Below are positions 19,710 through 29,304 of a stretch of DNA of 64,000 bases, piece after piece. The notes under the pieces are model-generated. The model made no database searches. It was given only the letters and a program-made list of their open reading frames with translations, and was not told the DNA's origin. A program made the translations under genes and the position numbers. Every line of letters starts with the position of its first letter. Position 1 is the stretch's first letter. The stretch lies in assembly GCA_943354835.1 (NCBI GenBank), contig CALRDH010000003.1, forward strand, positions 12,939 through 76,938. Direction: 5' to 3'. The stretch comes from a candidate division WWE3 bacterium (lineage in GTDB: Bacteria; Patescibacteriota; WWE3; 2-01-FULL-39-13).

Positions 19710-21029
19710 TCAAAGTTTACCCCTTAATAATTTTTCAATAATATATGGATTTTCTTTTATAAAAATTTGACTATTTATAGTCCAATGTCCTAATTGCAAT
19801 GTGGTTAATCCCTCAAGAACTCCTGCTATTTTGTCTATCTGTATTGATACTTTTGTAATGGCGAAAGTTTGTTTTGGTTTTAATACTGTATTTCCATCTG
19901 AATTAGCAACTATTTCAACATCAAATAAAATTTCTACATTAGCGATTAGTCCAAAACATTTTTTGAACGCACTAAAAATTTGTTTCTCAGCAAATTTAAA
20001 ATAATCTTGCAATGCAAATGGAACATTTCTTAGCTCCATTCCATCCGATCGCATTTGATTAAAACTGAGCCACTTTCCGGTATTTACCCTAAATTCATTC
20101 GTAGTTACCTTAAGTTCACCAGTAAAATTATTGCTAAATACTAACCCAGTACAGTAATGTGAATGCGACCTGATTATCTTCACTTTACTTAAATCGGCTA
20201 TTTTAAGGCCGAATTCTTCATAACTTTCCACAGCAATGCCATATCTAGGATGATATGGCGTTGGATTAAAACCTCCAGCAGTCGCCAAACCATACGATCC
20301 TTCTGATTGATACCAAGTTTCGCCAACCGCAATATCTCCAAATTCATTGATATGTAGAATGCCGAAATTATGTATTTTACTTTTGTCTAGGTTTGAGATG
20401 AATCTACCTAATGTGATTTTCTTTAGAGATATCCCTGAAATTGCGCGGTTTAAACTTATTAAATCATTTTTAATTTTTACACGTTTAACGAATTTCCTGT
20501 AATTTGGAAGACACAGATTAGAACAATAATTCGGTCCTAAGTTTAAATTGTATTCCCGACCTATTTCTATCTTGTAAAATGGCGAGAGATTTTTTTGAAC
20601 ATGATCGTTCGCAAAAACATCCTTATAAATTTTTTCTAAATATGCAGATTTGCAAATTGAATATATTTCATACGCAAGCAAGTTGGCTAAAACATCGTTA
20701 AGATCAGAGTAGTTACGATGGTATCTACTAATCTTATGTTTATCATTTTCAACGATATTGATTTCATCTACTCCTAGTTGAGCTGCATATCTCTCTTCGT
20801 TTAATCTTAGTATAAATTCTGAACCTGCTAAATTTAAAACCATAGAGTCCCGCCCTTCTAGTTCAGTGAAACCTAAGAGATAAGGTATTAGAGGTTTTAA
20901 TCCTCTGTGGACGAATTTAAGATTCCACTTAATTTCCGTGAAATTATATTTCACATCGACTGAATCACAGCGTGTTAGTAATTTACTAACGGCAATAAGA
21001 TTTTCCACTTTGGAAATTGGATTAATCAT
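19710..21029 (-). CDS. Hypothetical protein (439 aa), downstream partner of the palm-domain protein
   Basis: Overlaps the upstream gene by 8 nt, so it is co-transcribed. No recognisable family. Contains 'GETWYQSEGSYGLATAGGFNPTPYHPRYG'. Confidence 0.5.
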   Translation of the reverse strand: MINPISKVENLIAVSKLLTRCDSVDVKYNFTEIKWNLKFVHRGLKPLIPYLLGFTELEGRDSMVLNLAGSEFILRLNEERYAAQLGVDEINIVENDKHKISRYHRNYSDLNDVLANLLAYEIYSICKSAYLEKIYKDVFANDHVQKNLSPFYKIEIGREYNLNLGPNYCSNLCLPNYRKFVKRVKIKNDLISLNRAISGISLKKITLGRFISNLDKSKIHNFGILHINEFGDIAVGETWYQSEGSYGLATAGGFNPTPYHPRYGIAVESYEEFGLKIADLSKVKIIRSHSHYCTGLVFSNNFTGELKVTTNEFRVNTGKWLSFNQMRSDGMELRNVPFALQDYFKFAEKQIFSAFKKCFGLIANVEILFDVEIVANSDGNTVLKPKQTFAITKVSIQIDKIAGVLEGLTTLQLGHWTINSQIFIKENPYIIEKLLRGKL

Positions 21030-22482
21030 AAATTGAGTAAAAATTTAATTTACCACCTATGATTTTAGATGATATCTGCGTATTCGGTTCTATCTTAATA
21101 ATGTCAGAAATAATACGAACTCCATAATTTTCTTTATTTCTCGGATCAGAAATTTCTCCAATAAGTAAATTTGATTTAGTTGGAAATACATATTTGACTG
21201 GTATTTTGTTAATATAGTTAGTTATTTCAGCAATCATTTCATCTGACTTAGAAAGTAACAATTCTCCAAGAGTATGGCTTGGGACAACTATAACCCTTAA
21301 CACACCATAATCATTATAAAACCTACATCTGCTATACACTTCGCGATTAAATTGATAAATACCTTCAATGATATTTTTGTGGATCAGGTGTGAAAAGATT
21401 GCCAAAGACTCCTCACCGAAAGCCTCTGAAATCCCGGACCAATTTACCCAACGGTATGAAACAAGATGTAAATTCTTAAACGAATCTTGCCCCGACAAAA
21501 TGCTATATAATTCAAGATCTCTTGTATATTCAACGTTATTCTTCACAATCTCAAACGGAGATTCTTCTGAATTAAGAGTTTTATATATCATTAACATAGA
21601 TTTTTGATCTGATATTTTATGTACATTTTGATCAAGAAATATACTTTTTCTTATCAAATCGGGATATAGATAATTCATTGAGCCGACGTCTTCAGATATA
21701 CAATTATCTCGAATAATTCTAGAACCTTCATCTTTGTTAAATTTATCAAGAATTGCAAGATTTTTTAAATCAATTATATTCGGATCTATATTTTTACACG
21801 AAGTTTCAATCCAATATTTATCCCAATTGAATTCGATTTGGCGTGATTTGATACGGTCACATTGTTCTATTTGTACTTTTAAATAAACCCCGCCTTTTTT
21901 TTTGCTTTTACTATGCTTAAGGTGACTCAGATGTGTGTTAATCGCAAAATTATTAATGTTAAAGATTGAGACATCCAAACTTTTGACAATCCCATCAATG
22001 TCATTGGTTATAACAAAAAAACTAAATTCATCAATTCCATCACGAATTAAAAGCAATCCTTTATTTTCAACTCGTCCAAGTTTATTTTCAAGAATGTCTA
22101 ATACATATCGAATATATTCTATAAGAAACTTATCTGTCTTGTCATACCTATGCATTGCTAAAGATAAATTGTACATATTCCCAAAATCGATCGAAATTTT
22201 ATAAAAAACCTGATTGTTAGCTTCTGCAATAATATGAGATAAGTCTTCAAAAAATGCATAGTACTGTCCATCAATTGAATTTGATTGACGATCCACAAAT
22301 ACAAAACTCGAGATGAGTTGCTTTAATATTTGATAATCAGAAAGTGAGAAATTGTATTGCGATTGTATAGACTCCGCTAAAATCTCTTCGAAATCATTCA
22401 ATAAAAAATTTTTAGTTAGCACTATGCTCTCTACCAATCTTGGATTTATCCTAAGTTTTCCTAATAAAGTATTTAAATTCAC
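21022..22482 (-). CDS. Hypothetical protein (486 aa) with N-terminal palm-type nucleotidyltransferase/cyclase-like motifs (GGDEF/Thg1-like)
   Basis: 'FYKISIDFGNMYNLSLAMHRYDKTDKFLIEYIRYVLDIL' resembles GGDEF 'DiDhFK.iND.yGH..GD.vL' and Thg1 'VVVRLDGRNFHRF'. 52 residues later, 'LLLIRDGIDEFSFFV' resembles GGDEF 'aRyGGDEFvvll' and Thg1 'IAYGQSDEYSFVF'. Roughly 330-aa C-terminal region unrecognised. Confidence 0.5.
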   Translation of the reverse strand: MNLNTLLGKLRINPRLVESIVLTKNFLLNDFEEILAESIQSQYNFSLSDYQILKQLISSFVFVDRQSNSIDGQYYAFFEDLSHIIAEANNQVFYKISIDFGNMYNLSLAMHRYDKTDKFLIEYIRYVLDILENKLGRVENKGLLLIRDGIDEFSFFVITNDIDGIVKSLDVSIFNINNFAINTHLSHLKHSKSKKKGGVYLKVQIEQCDRIKSRQIEFNWDKYWIETSCKNIDPNIIDLKNLAILDKFNKDEGSRIIRDNCISEDVGSMNYLYPDLIRKSIFLDQNVHKISDQKSMLMIYKTLNSEESPFEIVKNNVEYTRDLELYSILSGQDSFKNLHLVSYRWVNWSGISEAFGEESLAIFSHLIHKNIIEGIYQFNREVYSRCRFYNDYGVLRVIVVPSHTLGELLLSKSDEMIAEITNYINKIPVKYVFPTKSNLLIGEISDPRNKENYGVRIISDIIKIEPNTQISSKIIGGKLNFYSIYD

Positions 22483-22616
22483 GTTTTCTTCAGATATGAA
22501 ATTTAAGTAGAATCTATGATTTTCGCCGTGAGTATAGCATAATCATTAGCGCGACTAGCAGGAAATTCCTAACTTCATTTATCCTACCCACCCCCAGATT
22601 CACGTATAATACAGAC

Positions 22617-23159
22617 ATGAATCAAGACCTCATTCAAAAATTATCACTCGAGATTATTAACATGGCCAAAGAAGATCAATCAGCAAGAATTGGCAAGAAT
22701 CTAGATTGGGCTAAAATCCAGTTGATTGATGATAAAAATAGACCAAGGATGAAGGAAATTATTGAAAAATATGGCTATATTTCTCCTTCAGTATATGGAA
22801 AGGATGCCGCAAAGAGTGCTTGGTTACTGATACAGCATTTTCCACCGACAGATTTTCAAACTATGGAATTGTACCTAAACTTCATCAAACAAAATCCCGA
22901 AGGATTTGATACAGAATCTCTTGCACTTTTCGAAGATAGAATAAATGTTTATAACAACAAGCCTCAAGTTTATGGCTCACAAGCCTACTGTCCTACAAAT
23001 TCAAAAACTTGGTGCTTCCGAGAGATTGTTGACATAAAGAACGTTGATAAAAGAAGAAAACAAATCGGACTTGTGTCATTGAAAGAGTATGCAAAGGTCA
23101 TGGAAAAATATTACCAATACAAACTCGAATTACCAAAAGGATATATAGAGCAATCGTAA
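22617..23159 (+). CDS. Hypothetical protein
   Basis: 180-aa ORF with TATAAT at 22605-22610, only 6 nt before the ATG (probably leaderless). Confidence 0.4.
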   Translation: MNQDLIQKLSLEIINMAKEDQSARIGKNLDWAKIQLIDDKNRPRMKEIIEKYGYISPSVYGKDAAKSAWLLIQHFPPTDFQTMELYLNFIKQNPEGFDTESLALFEDRINVYNNKPQVYGSQAYCPTNSKTWCFREIVDIKNVDKRRKQIGLVSLKEYAKVMEKYYQYKLELPKGYIEQS

Positions 23160-23272
23160 AGATTTATCCTCCCATCAATTTTTGTTGATTTGACAATATT
23201 TTTTAAGGGTATACATTATACCTATAGTTTTATTTATTATCCTTTAATACATTATTGGATTGAAAGAAGTAC

Positions 23273-23572
23273 ATGGCAAGAAAAAATAACGACGTTTCAG
23301 AATTAAAGGCTAGACTTTCTGAAATTTTAACTGAAGTAGAAGAATTAGGTTCAGATGAAGTTAGTATTGTGCGTGATACACTCGATGAATATAGCAGAAA
23401 GCTTTCTGACAAAGCTAACGAGATAAAGGAAGACGTACAAGACAAAGCTATGGATATGAAAAAGCAAACAGATGAATATGTAGGCGAACATCCATGGCAT
23501 CTTGCAGCATATTCAGTAGCTATAGGTATTTTAATGGGGCTACTTCTAACCAAGTCTACATCTAAAAAATAA
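23273..23572 (+). CDS. DUF883 family membrane-anchored protein (ElaB/YqjD-like ribosome-associated)
   Basis: Helical charged N-terminus and C-terminal 'EHPWHLAAYSVAIGILMGLLLTK' (ENPWxAvGxAxGxGxLlG TM anchor). Confidence 0.65.
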   Translation: MARKNNDVSELKARLSEILTEVEELGSDEVSIVRDTLDEYSRKLSDKANEIKEDVQDKAMDMKKQTDEYVGEHPWHLAAYSVAIGILMGLLLTKSTSKK

Positions 23573-23872
23573 ATGAGAATTCCGAAAGCTATCTTAGCTT
23601 CTATATTAGGGATAGCACTAAATAAATACGTTCCACTTAAACAAATAGTTAAAAGGATTGGATTTGGGATTTTGTTTATTGCATTCTCTATCTTATCGAT
23701 CTCTCTAACATTAGTTTTTGCTGCAATTACTTTTTTCTTTAGCCTTGCAAATCAAGCAATATATACAACCGCCGGTTTATGGACAACCGGCACTCTCGCA
23801 ATAATTTCAATATTACTTTTTGCCAGTGGGATTAGATTTATTTCCACTCGTAAAAATGAAATTCACCAATAA
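23573..23872 (+). CDS. Small membrane protein, YqjE/Holin-X (DUF1469)-like
   Basis: 99 aa with two long TM segments. Immediately follows the DUF883 gene (stop and start adjacent), matching the yqjD-yqjE gene order. Confidence 0.45.
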   Translation: MRIPKAILASILGIALNKYVPLKQIVKRIGFGILFIAFSILSISLTLVFAAITFFFSLANQAIYTTAGLWTTGTLAIISILLFASGIRFISTRKNEIHQ

Positions 23873-25166
23873 TTAACTTTGGCTCCCAGTCACTATCAGT
23901 TAAGGGCCCTCTATTTACTAAATAAAATTCCTGTTTATTCTCATCAAGATTAAAAAGATCGCTTTGTTTTATTATTCCCCAGTCACTCCAATCACCTTGC
24001 TGCAATTTAATATCATCTGAATAATATTTAGCATTAATAAAGTCCGTTGCACTTGTCATAACAATTGGTCTATTTGATTTGAAATTTCCAAGCTCCTTGT
24101 ATCCAATATTAACCAGTTGTTGATTATAAATTGTAAATACTGACAATATCAAATAAATAAAAACAAGTAGATTCGCTTTTTTTGGCAATACAGAAATAAA
24201 ATAAATAATTAATAATGCTGCATATCCAATTAAATATCTTTCAACATACAAGTTGAAGTTAAAGATTTTGCCGACTAAGGAAGTAAGAAAAACAGGAATC
24301 AATGCGAATGCCAATAATAAATAATGGTCAGTTGATTTTTTCGGCACTAATATTAAGCCTAATGCAATAATAAATGTAATTATTGCTGTAATAGTTGCGC
24401 TAAATGGAAATGGATTTATAGGCGGAGGTAATTGAGGATCATATGTATCAACACCAAAAATAAATGCCTGAAAACTCTGTGGCACCCGAGATAAAGAAAA
24501 TTCAGGAATCCATGATAGACCACTACTGCGTGAATTATTAAGCATCATAGGTATCCAAATTGTGATTACTAAAATTACAGGCAACATCCACTTAAAAGCT
24601 CTTTTGTCATTGATTACTAAAACTATGACGAAGATACCGATTATGAATATAGTTATGTAATGAGTCAAAAATAGTATCGGTAAAAATATAGTAATAGCTA
24701 TATATTTCTTGTCTTTATATGCTTTTATAAAAAGAAAAAATCCCAATACTATTAGAAATGCGAGCATTGAATTTGACCTTGCTTCTTTCGAATAAGTAAC
24801 CAAAAACGGATTTACAGCTATAACGAGTGCAACTAAATTTGCTTTATTAATACTTTTGGAAATATATAAAACTAAATAGTATGCAAGTGGTATTAATCCG
24901 ATGCCAAAAATAATAGATGGCAACCGTAACATCAACTCTGAATCTACATCATAAGTCCAAGCTTTTAATACAAAATAAAATAGCGGCGGATGCACATCTA
25001 TTTTTGAAAGCTTAAAAACTTCGGAATACGAATTCCTAATAATATCGGCTGAAAAAGCTTCGTCGTACCACAATTCTTTTGCTGAAATATTATGAAGTCT
25101 TACAACAAGCCCTATTAAAATAATAAAAGCAAGAACACATAGCTCTAAATACTTGGGTCTAATCAC
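23838..25166 (-). CDS. Polytopic membrane glycosyltransferase, GT39/GT83 (PMT/ArnT)-like
   Basis: 'LWYDEAFSADII ... DVHPPLFYFVLKAW' with the N-terminal DE motif typical of PMT_2/ArnT-like GT-C enzymes, followed by many TM helices. Confidence 0.55.
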   Translation of the reverse strand: MIRPKYLELCVLAFIILIGLVVRLHNISAKELWYDEAFSADIIRNSYSEVFKLSKIDVHPPLFYFVLKAWTYDVDSELMLRLPSIIFGIGLIPLAYYLVLYISKSINKANLVALVIAVNPFLVTYSKEARSNSMLAFLIVLGFFLFIKAYKDKKYIAITIFLPILFLTHYITIFIIGIFVIVLVINDKRAFKWMLPVILVITIWIPMMLNNSRSSGLSWIPEFSLSRVPQSFQAFIFGVDTYDPQLPPPINPFPFSATITAIITFIIALGLILVPKKSTDHYLLLAFALIPVFLTSLVGKIFNFNLYVERYLIGYAALLIIYFISVLPKKANLLVFIYLILSVFTIYNQQLVNIGYKELGNFKSNRPIVMTSATDFINAKYYSDDIKLQQGDWSDWGIIKQSDLFNLDENKQEFYLVNRGPLTDSDWEPKLIIGEFHFYEWK

Positions 25167-25207
25167 TTGAAGCCATACATTGTTACTGAAGTATATATGG
25201 TTTTAGC

Positions 25208-26182
25208 TTATTGCGTCGCTTCAAATTCTTGTATTAATGGTATAAGCGATAAATAATTCTGATACATATCAACGTATTTATCATCATATATAAGATCTCT
25301 GTTTCCGTATCCGCCAGTTTCATCAATCTTATATTTCCCATTTTCATCGATTGGCTCAACTTGGTATTCATATGCCGGAGTTCCTAAAGATCCCATGCTT
25401 ACCCATCTTTTTCTAATCCCTAAGATTGTGACTTCACTGTCGTTGTCTATTCCGCCAATCCAGGCTCTTTTCAAAGCATCGGTCAAAAACAGATATGAAT
25501 ATTTCCCATTCATTGATTTAAAAACTCTTGATGTAATTTTTCCATAAATATCAGATTCAGATTCCCAGGTTAAGACTAGATTATTAAAATCAGGTTTTTC
25601 ATTTTGCTCTATATAAATAGTTTCAGGAGCTGTTTTAATTTTAGTTTTATCAGCTGTGTAAATATCTCCAGAAATTTTTAAAGGGTCCTCAATAATCAAC
25701 TTAGAGTACATGGTATCAGTACCACTTTCCAAAGCTGTACCGTAAAATATTTGAATTCCTTCCATTTTATCAGCGATTTTAATTATGTCTTTATTTTGAG
25801 TAGAAATGAAGTACTGCAATTCAAATGGAAGCATTATGCTTTCTTCACTATAGCCTTTATCGTTCCAACTAGGTTGTTCATTACCTTCTTCATCAATCCT
25901 GTATTTATACGCTCTTAACAAACGATACAAACCCTGAGACTTACTCAAAAAGAAAGAGGAAACCAAATATTTTCCATCATCGCCTGCAATGTAAGCGATT
26001 AATCTTGGAACCTCATTACTTGCAATCTGAAATTTATCCGACAAATAAATGCTTCTACCTCCTATTGATATATGGTGTTTAGGAGAAAGCTTATATCTAA
26101 CTAAATCATCAATGGTTAACACTTTTTTATTAAAAGGACGCGAAAGGAAATAGGAATTGCTTAAAATATAATCAAATATCAT
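25208..26182 (-). CDS. Hypothetical protein
   Basis: 324-aa soluble ORF. No motif recognised. Confidence 0.4.
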   Translation of the reverse strand: MIFDYILSNSYFLSRPFNKKVLTIDDLVRYKLSPKHHISIGGRSIYLSDKFQIASNEVPRLIAYIAGDDGKYLVSSFFLSKSQGLYRLLRAYKYRIDEEGNEQPSWNDKGYSEESIMLPFELQYFISTQNKDIIKIADKMEGIQIFYGTALESGTDTMYSKLIIEDPLKISGDIYTADKTKIKTAPETIYIEQNEKPDFNNLVLTWESESDIYGKITSRVFKSMNGKYSYLFLTDALKRAWIGGIDNDSEVTILGIRKRWVSMGSLGTPAYEYQVEPIDENGKYKIDETGGYGNRDLIYDDKYVDMYQNYLSLIPLIQEFEATQ

Positions 26183-26212
26183 ATTATATTTTTATAATTG
26201 AGATTAAACACA

Positions 26213-28753
26213 TCAATAATCCGAAATTACAAGCTCATCCCCTGCTTTTACTTCTTCGTTTATGATTTTGTCGGCAATTAGGGTTTCAATTTTATCCTCG
26301 ATTAATCGATTTAAAGGCCTTGCTCCCCATTCTCTTGAAAAACCTTCTTTGCTTAATTTTTCTATTAAATCTTGTCCATATATAATTTTGATTTTGTTCT
26401 TTTCCATCATTTTTTGACTTAGACCATTAAGTTTTATTTCTGTGATTTGCTTTACTTGATCCAAGGTCAATGGCGTAAATGGAACTAAAGCTGTGAATCT
26501 ATTTAAAAATTCTGGTGCAAAGTAGTCTTTAAGACCTTCGATTGTAATTTTTGTGATCTCATCTGGTGATTTATTTTCATCAATTGTTTTTATAACATCC
26601 TTTGTTCCAGCGTTTGTCGTCATTATTATAAAAGTATTAGTAAAATCAACGACCTCTCCAGTTGCGTCGCTTAATCGTCCATCATCTAAAATTTGAAGGA
26701 AAATATTTAATACATCTTTATTAGCCTTTTCAACTTCGTCTAAAAATAGCAATGAATATGGGTGCATCTTCACTTTCGACGTCAAAATTCCAACATTGCC
26801 ATTTGTGTCACCAATTAACCTGCTTAAACTTGAAGCGTCTTTAAATTCACTCATGTCGATTCGAGTAACAAGGTCTTCACGACCAAAATAATTTTTCGCC
26901 AAAGCCTTGGCCGTTTCGGTTTTACCAACTCCAGTTGGCCCAGAGAACAAGAAGCTTGCTATAGGTTTTTTATCATCTCTTACACCTGTTCTTGACCTTT
27001 TTAGAGCATTTACAATTAAAGTGATGGCCATATCCTGACCAATTACACTTTTGTGCAAAATTTCACCAAGAGTTTTTAAGATTTGTTTTTCATCTATATT
27101 TAAGGCAGAAACTGGAATATCAGCAGTTTGAGAAAAAACCTTTTTTAAAGTCGCTCGGTCTAGAATATTGCTTGAATTACCTTTTGAATTTGACACAGCT
27201 TCTATAAAAAGCTCAACAGCCTTGTCTGGCATTACACTTCTATGCAGATATTTTTTAGAAAGTGCTACAGATGTAAGAATTGCTGGAAAAGTCACAATCG
27301 GATAACCTTTAGTTCCACGACTTTTTTTGATTAATTGTTGGATTATTTCTATTGTTTCTGAATCTGTGGCTTCAGGCATATTTATATTATCAAAATCACG
27401 AGCAAACGAAGCTACTCCCGCAATATATTTTTCATAATCTTTCGCCGTTGTAGCACCAACAAATTGAAATTCGGCAGATGATAAATGAGGCTCAAATGCA
27501 TTAAATAGGTTTGTTTCTTTCGACTGGGCAAGTGTATGGATTTCATCTACGAATAAGATTATATTTCCAGCACCTAAGACCTCTTTTATTATATTTGTGA
27601 TTCTTGCATTAACTTCTCCAGGTGTTCCAGACTGAAGGGCCGTTGTATCAAGTTGAATTATTCTTTTGAATCTTAATGCCTGAATCTTAGTGCCTACAGC
27701 AATTTCACGAGCCATAGCGTGTACAAATGTCGTTTTTCCACAACCAGGTTGACCAACAAGCATTATATTGTTTCTCGAAGATTTACTTAATATATTGATA
27801 AATTCTTCTTTAACGATTTCTCTACCGACAAGTTTTGGCATTAAACCTTTTAGAGCAAGTTTAGTTAAATCTGTTCCGTATTTATTTAAATTGCTTGTAT
27901 ATCCAACGGCCCAAGATTTATCGATTCCACCTGCTGGTGGCAAGTTATATTCATCGCTCCAAATTGTTACTGGTTTTAATTTAAGGAAATTAGCAAAGTC
28001 TAATGAACCAATTATGTCTTGGCTGTTAATTTCAAATTTGTTTAAGAATTCATCGGAATCGACAAAATGTAGTAAATAACTCACAAATAATAATTCGTAT
28101 GTTAAATATGAGTGATTTTTGATTTGCGAATTTACTAAAAGGACTTTTTCGATAAAAAGTTTTGGATTTGCAGAGTTTTTATTTGCATCTAGATACTGAA
28201 AAACTGTTTCTGGTACAAGTTCTGCTATTTTTACAAACGTGATTATGCTTGCGTTCTTTTTGAAGGAATCAACAATGCTTTCGAACTTTCCTTTACTTAA
28301 ATTTTTAAATAGCAGTCGTAATGTGTGATCGCCAGCGCCTCCATATTCCTGAATTGATGCAGTATTTTTAATTTTGGAAATTGGAAAAAACAGAAAAAAG
28401 CAGATTCTATATGTGATTAAGAAAAGTACGAAACTTATACCAATCCAAAAATAATTGATCAAAAGATAAGGAATGCCTGCCAGAAGTCCTGCGTATACGA
28501 CAAGTCCGATGATAACACCACCTATCACAATTATTGTTGAAAGAACAATTGAAATTGTTCGAATAACAAAACCGTTAATTCTTGAGAAAATACCTGGAAG
28601 ACCAAACAAAGGCTTAAACAAACTTTTAATCATAGCCACCAAACCAAACTGATGGCTTAAAATAGCGGAAAGCCTATACAAAGAGCGGAAATACTTGCGA
28701 TGAAAATCGTATAAATAAAATCTAACGAGATATAAAAATAAATTAGAAATCAC
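26213..28753 (-). CDS. Membrane-anchored Clp/Hsp100-family AAA+ ATPase (two AAA modules) with N-terminal polytopic domain
   Basis: Four N-terminal hydrophobic helices over the first ~130 aa. Then D1 Walker A 'LVGQPGCGKTTFVHAMA' and Walker B 'ILFVDEIHTL'. Then D2 'FLFSGPTGVGKTETAKALA' with 'LLFLDEVEKA' and the sensor-2 'REWGARPLNRLIE'. Confidence 0.8.
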   Translation of the reverse strand: MISNLFLYLVRFYLYDFHRKYFRSLYRLSAILSHQFGLVAMIKSLFKPLFGLPGIFSRINGFVIRTISIVLSTIIVIGGVIIGLVVYAGLLAGIPYLLINYFWIGISFVLFLITYRICFFLFFPISKIKNTASIQEYGGAGDHTLRLLFKNLSKGKFESIVDSFKKNASIITFVKIAELVPETVFQYLDANKNSANPKLFIEKVLLVNSQIKNHSYLTYELLFVSYLLHFVDSDEFLNKFEINSQDIIGSLDFANFLKLKPVTIWSDEYNLPPAGGIDKSWAVGYTSNLNKYGTDLTKLALKGLMPKLVGREIVKEEFINILSKSSRNNIMLVGQPGCGKTTFVHAMAREIAVGTKIQALRFKRIIQLDTTALQSGTPGEVNARITNIIKEVLGAGNIILFVDEIHTLAQSKETNLFNAFEPHLSSAEFQFVGATTAKDYEKYIAGVASFARDFDNINMPEATDSETIEIIQQLIKKSRGTKGYPIVTFPAILTSVALSKKYLHRSVMPDKAVELFIEAVSNSKGNSSNILDRATLKKVFSQTADIPVSALNIDEKQILKTLGEILHKSVIGQDMAITLIVNALKRSRTGVRDDKKPIASFLFSGPTGVGKTETAKALAKNYFGREDLVTRIDMSEFKDASSLSRLIGDTNGNVGILTSKVKMHPYSLLFLDEVEKANKDVLNIFLQILDDGRLSDATGEVVDFTNTFIIMTTNAGTKDVIKTIDENKSPDEITKITIEGLKDYFAPEFLNRFTALVPFTPLTLDQVKQITEIKLNGLSQKMMEKNKIKIIYGQDLIEKLSKEGFSREWGARPLNRLIEDKIETLIADKIINEEVKAGDELVISDY

Positions 28754-28788
28754 ACAAATATAGTAGCAAAATACTGTGTCAAATGCAT

Positions 28789-29304
28789 TTAAATAATTCC
28801 AAATTCTAAAAGAGCCCTTTGAGCAATTTCAAATTGATTTGGGAAGATTAAATAATCTTTTAAATCTGAAGGATTGATCCAATTATGGTCCTTGATTTCA
28901 CTTGCTTGAAATACCAAGTCTTCTTTATTACCTAAAAACTTAACTAAAAATTGTACCTTCTCTTGTCCCCTATACCACTTATTTCGTTTTGCAAATCCGC
29001 TTATAATATTGTCTTCTGACCACTCATACCTATTAATATATTGGCTTTGAGAAATAATTTCGAAATTAATATCGCCAAGTTCTTCTTTTAGCTCCCTAGT
29101 AATTCCCTCTGTTGGAGATTCATCATTTTCGAAACCTCCTCCGGGCAGATCCCATTCATTATCTTTATAAGAACACTTTTGAACAATCAAGATTTCATTT
29201 GAAGAATTAATCAAAAAAGCATTTGCGCCCATTCGATAAGGCATTTCGGAAATTGAAGGCATAGACATAATAGTAAATATAGCATTAAAGATGTTAAAAT
29301 CCAT
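28789..29304 (-). CDS. Nudix hydrolase
   Basis: Nudix box 'GGGFENDESPTEGITRELKEELG'. Confidence 0.65.
   Translation of the reverse strand: MDFNIFNAIFTIMSMPSISEMPYRMGANAFLINSSNEILIVQKCSYKDNEWDLPGGGFENDESPTEGITRELKEELGDINFEIISQSQYINRYEWSEDNIISGFAKRNKWYRGQEKVQFLVKFLGNKEDLVFQASEIKDHNWINPSDLKDYLIFPNQFEIAQRALLEFGII

Noticed and set aside
21022-22482. Assigning the 486-aa protein specifically as a diguanylate cyclase or as Thg1
   Set aside because: The GG(D/E)EF signature is degenerate (DGIDEF), and only two short palm motifs are recognisable. A family-level call is not justified without profile or structure comparison; it is reported as palm-like only.
19532-22620. Direct repeat of the tRNA-His 3' end (att site) that would delimit an integrated island
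   Set aside because: Searched the flanks of the two-gene locus (19532-19709 and 22483-22620) for 'ttcaattcccatagaccacc'-like sequence and found none. An island boundary cannot be supported from sequence alone.
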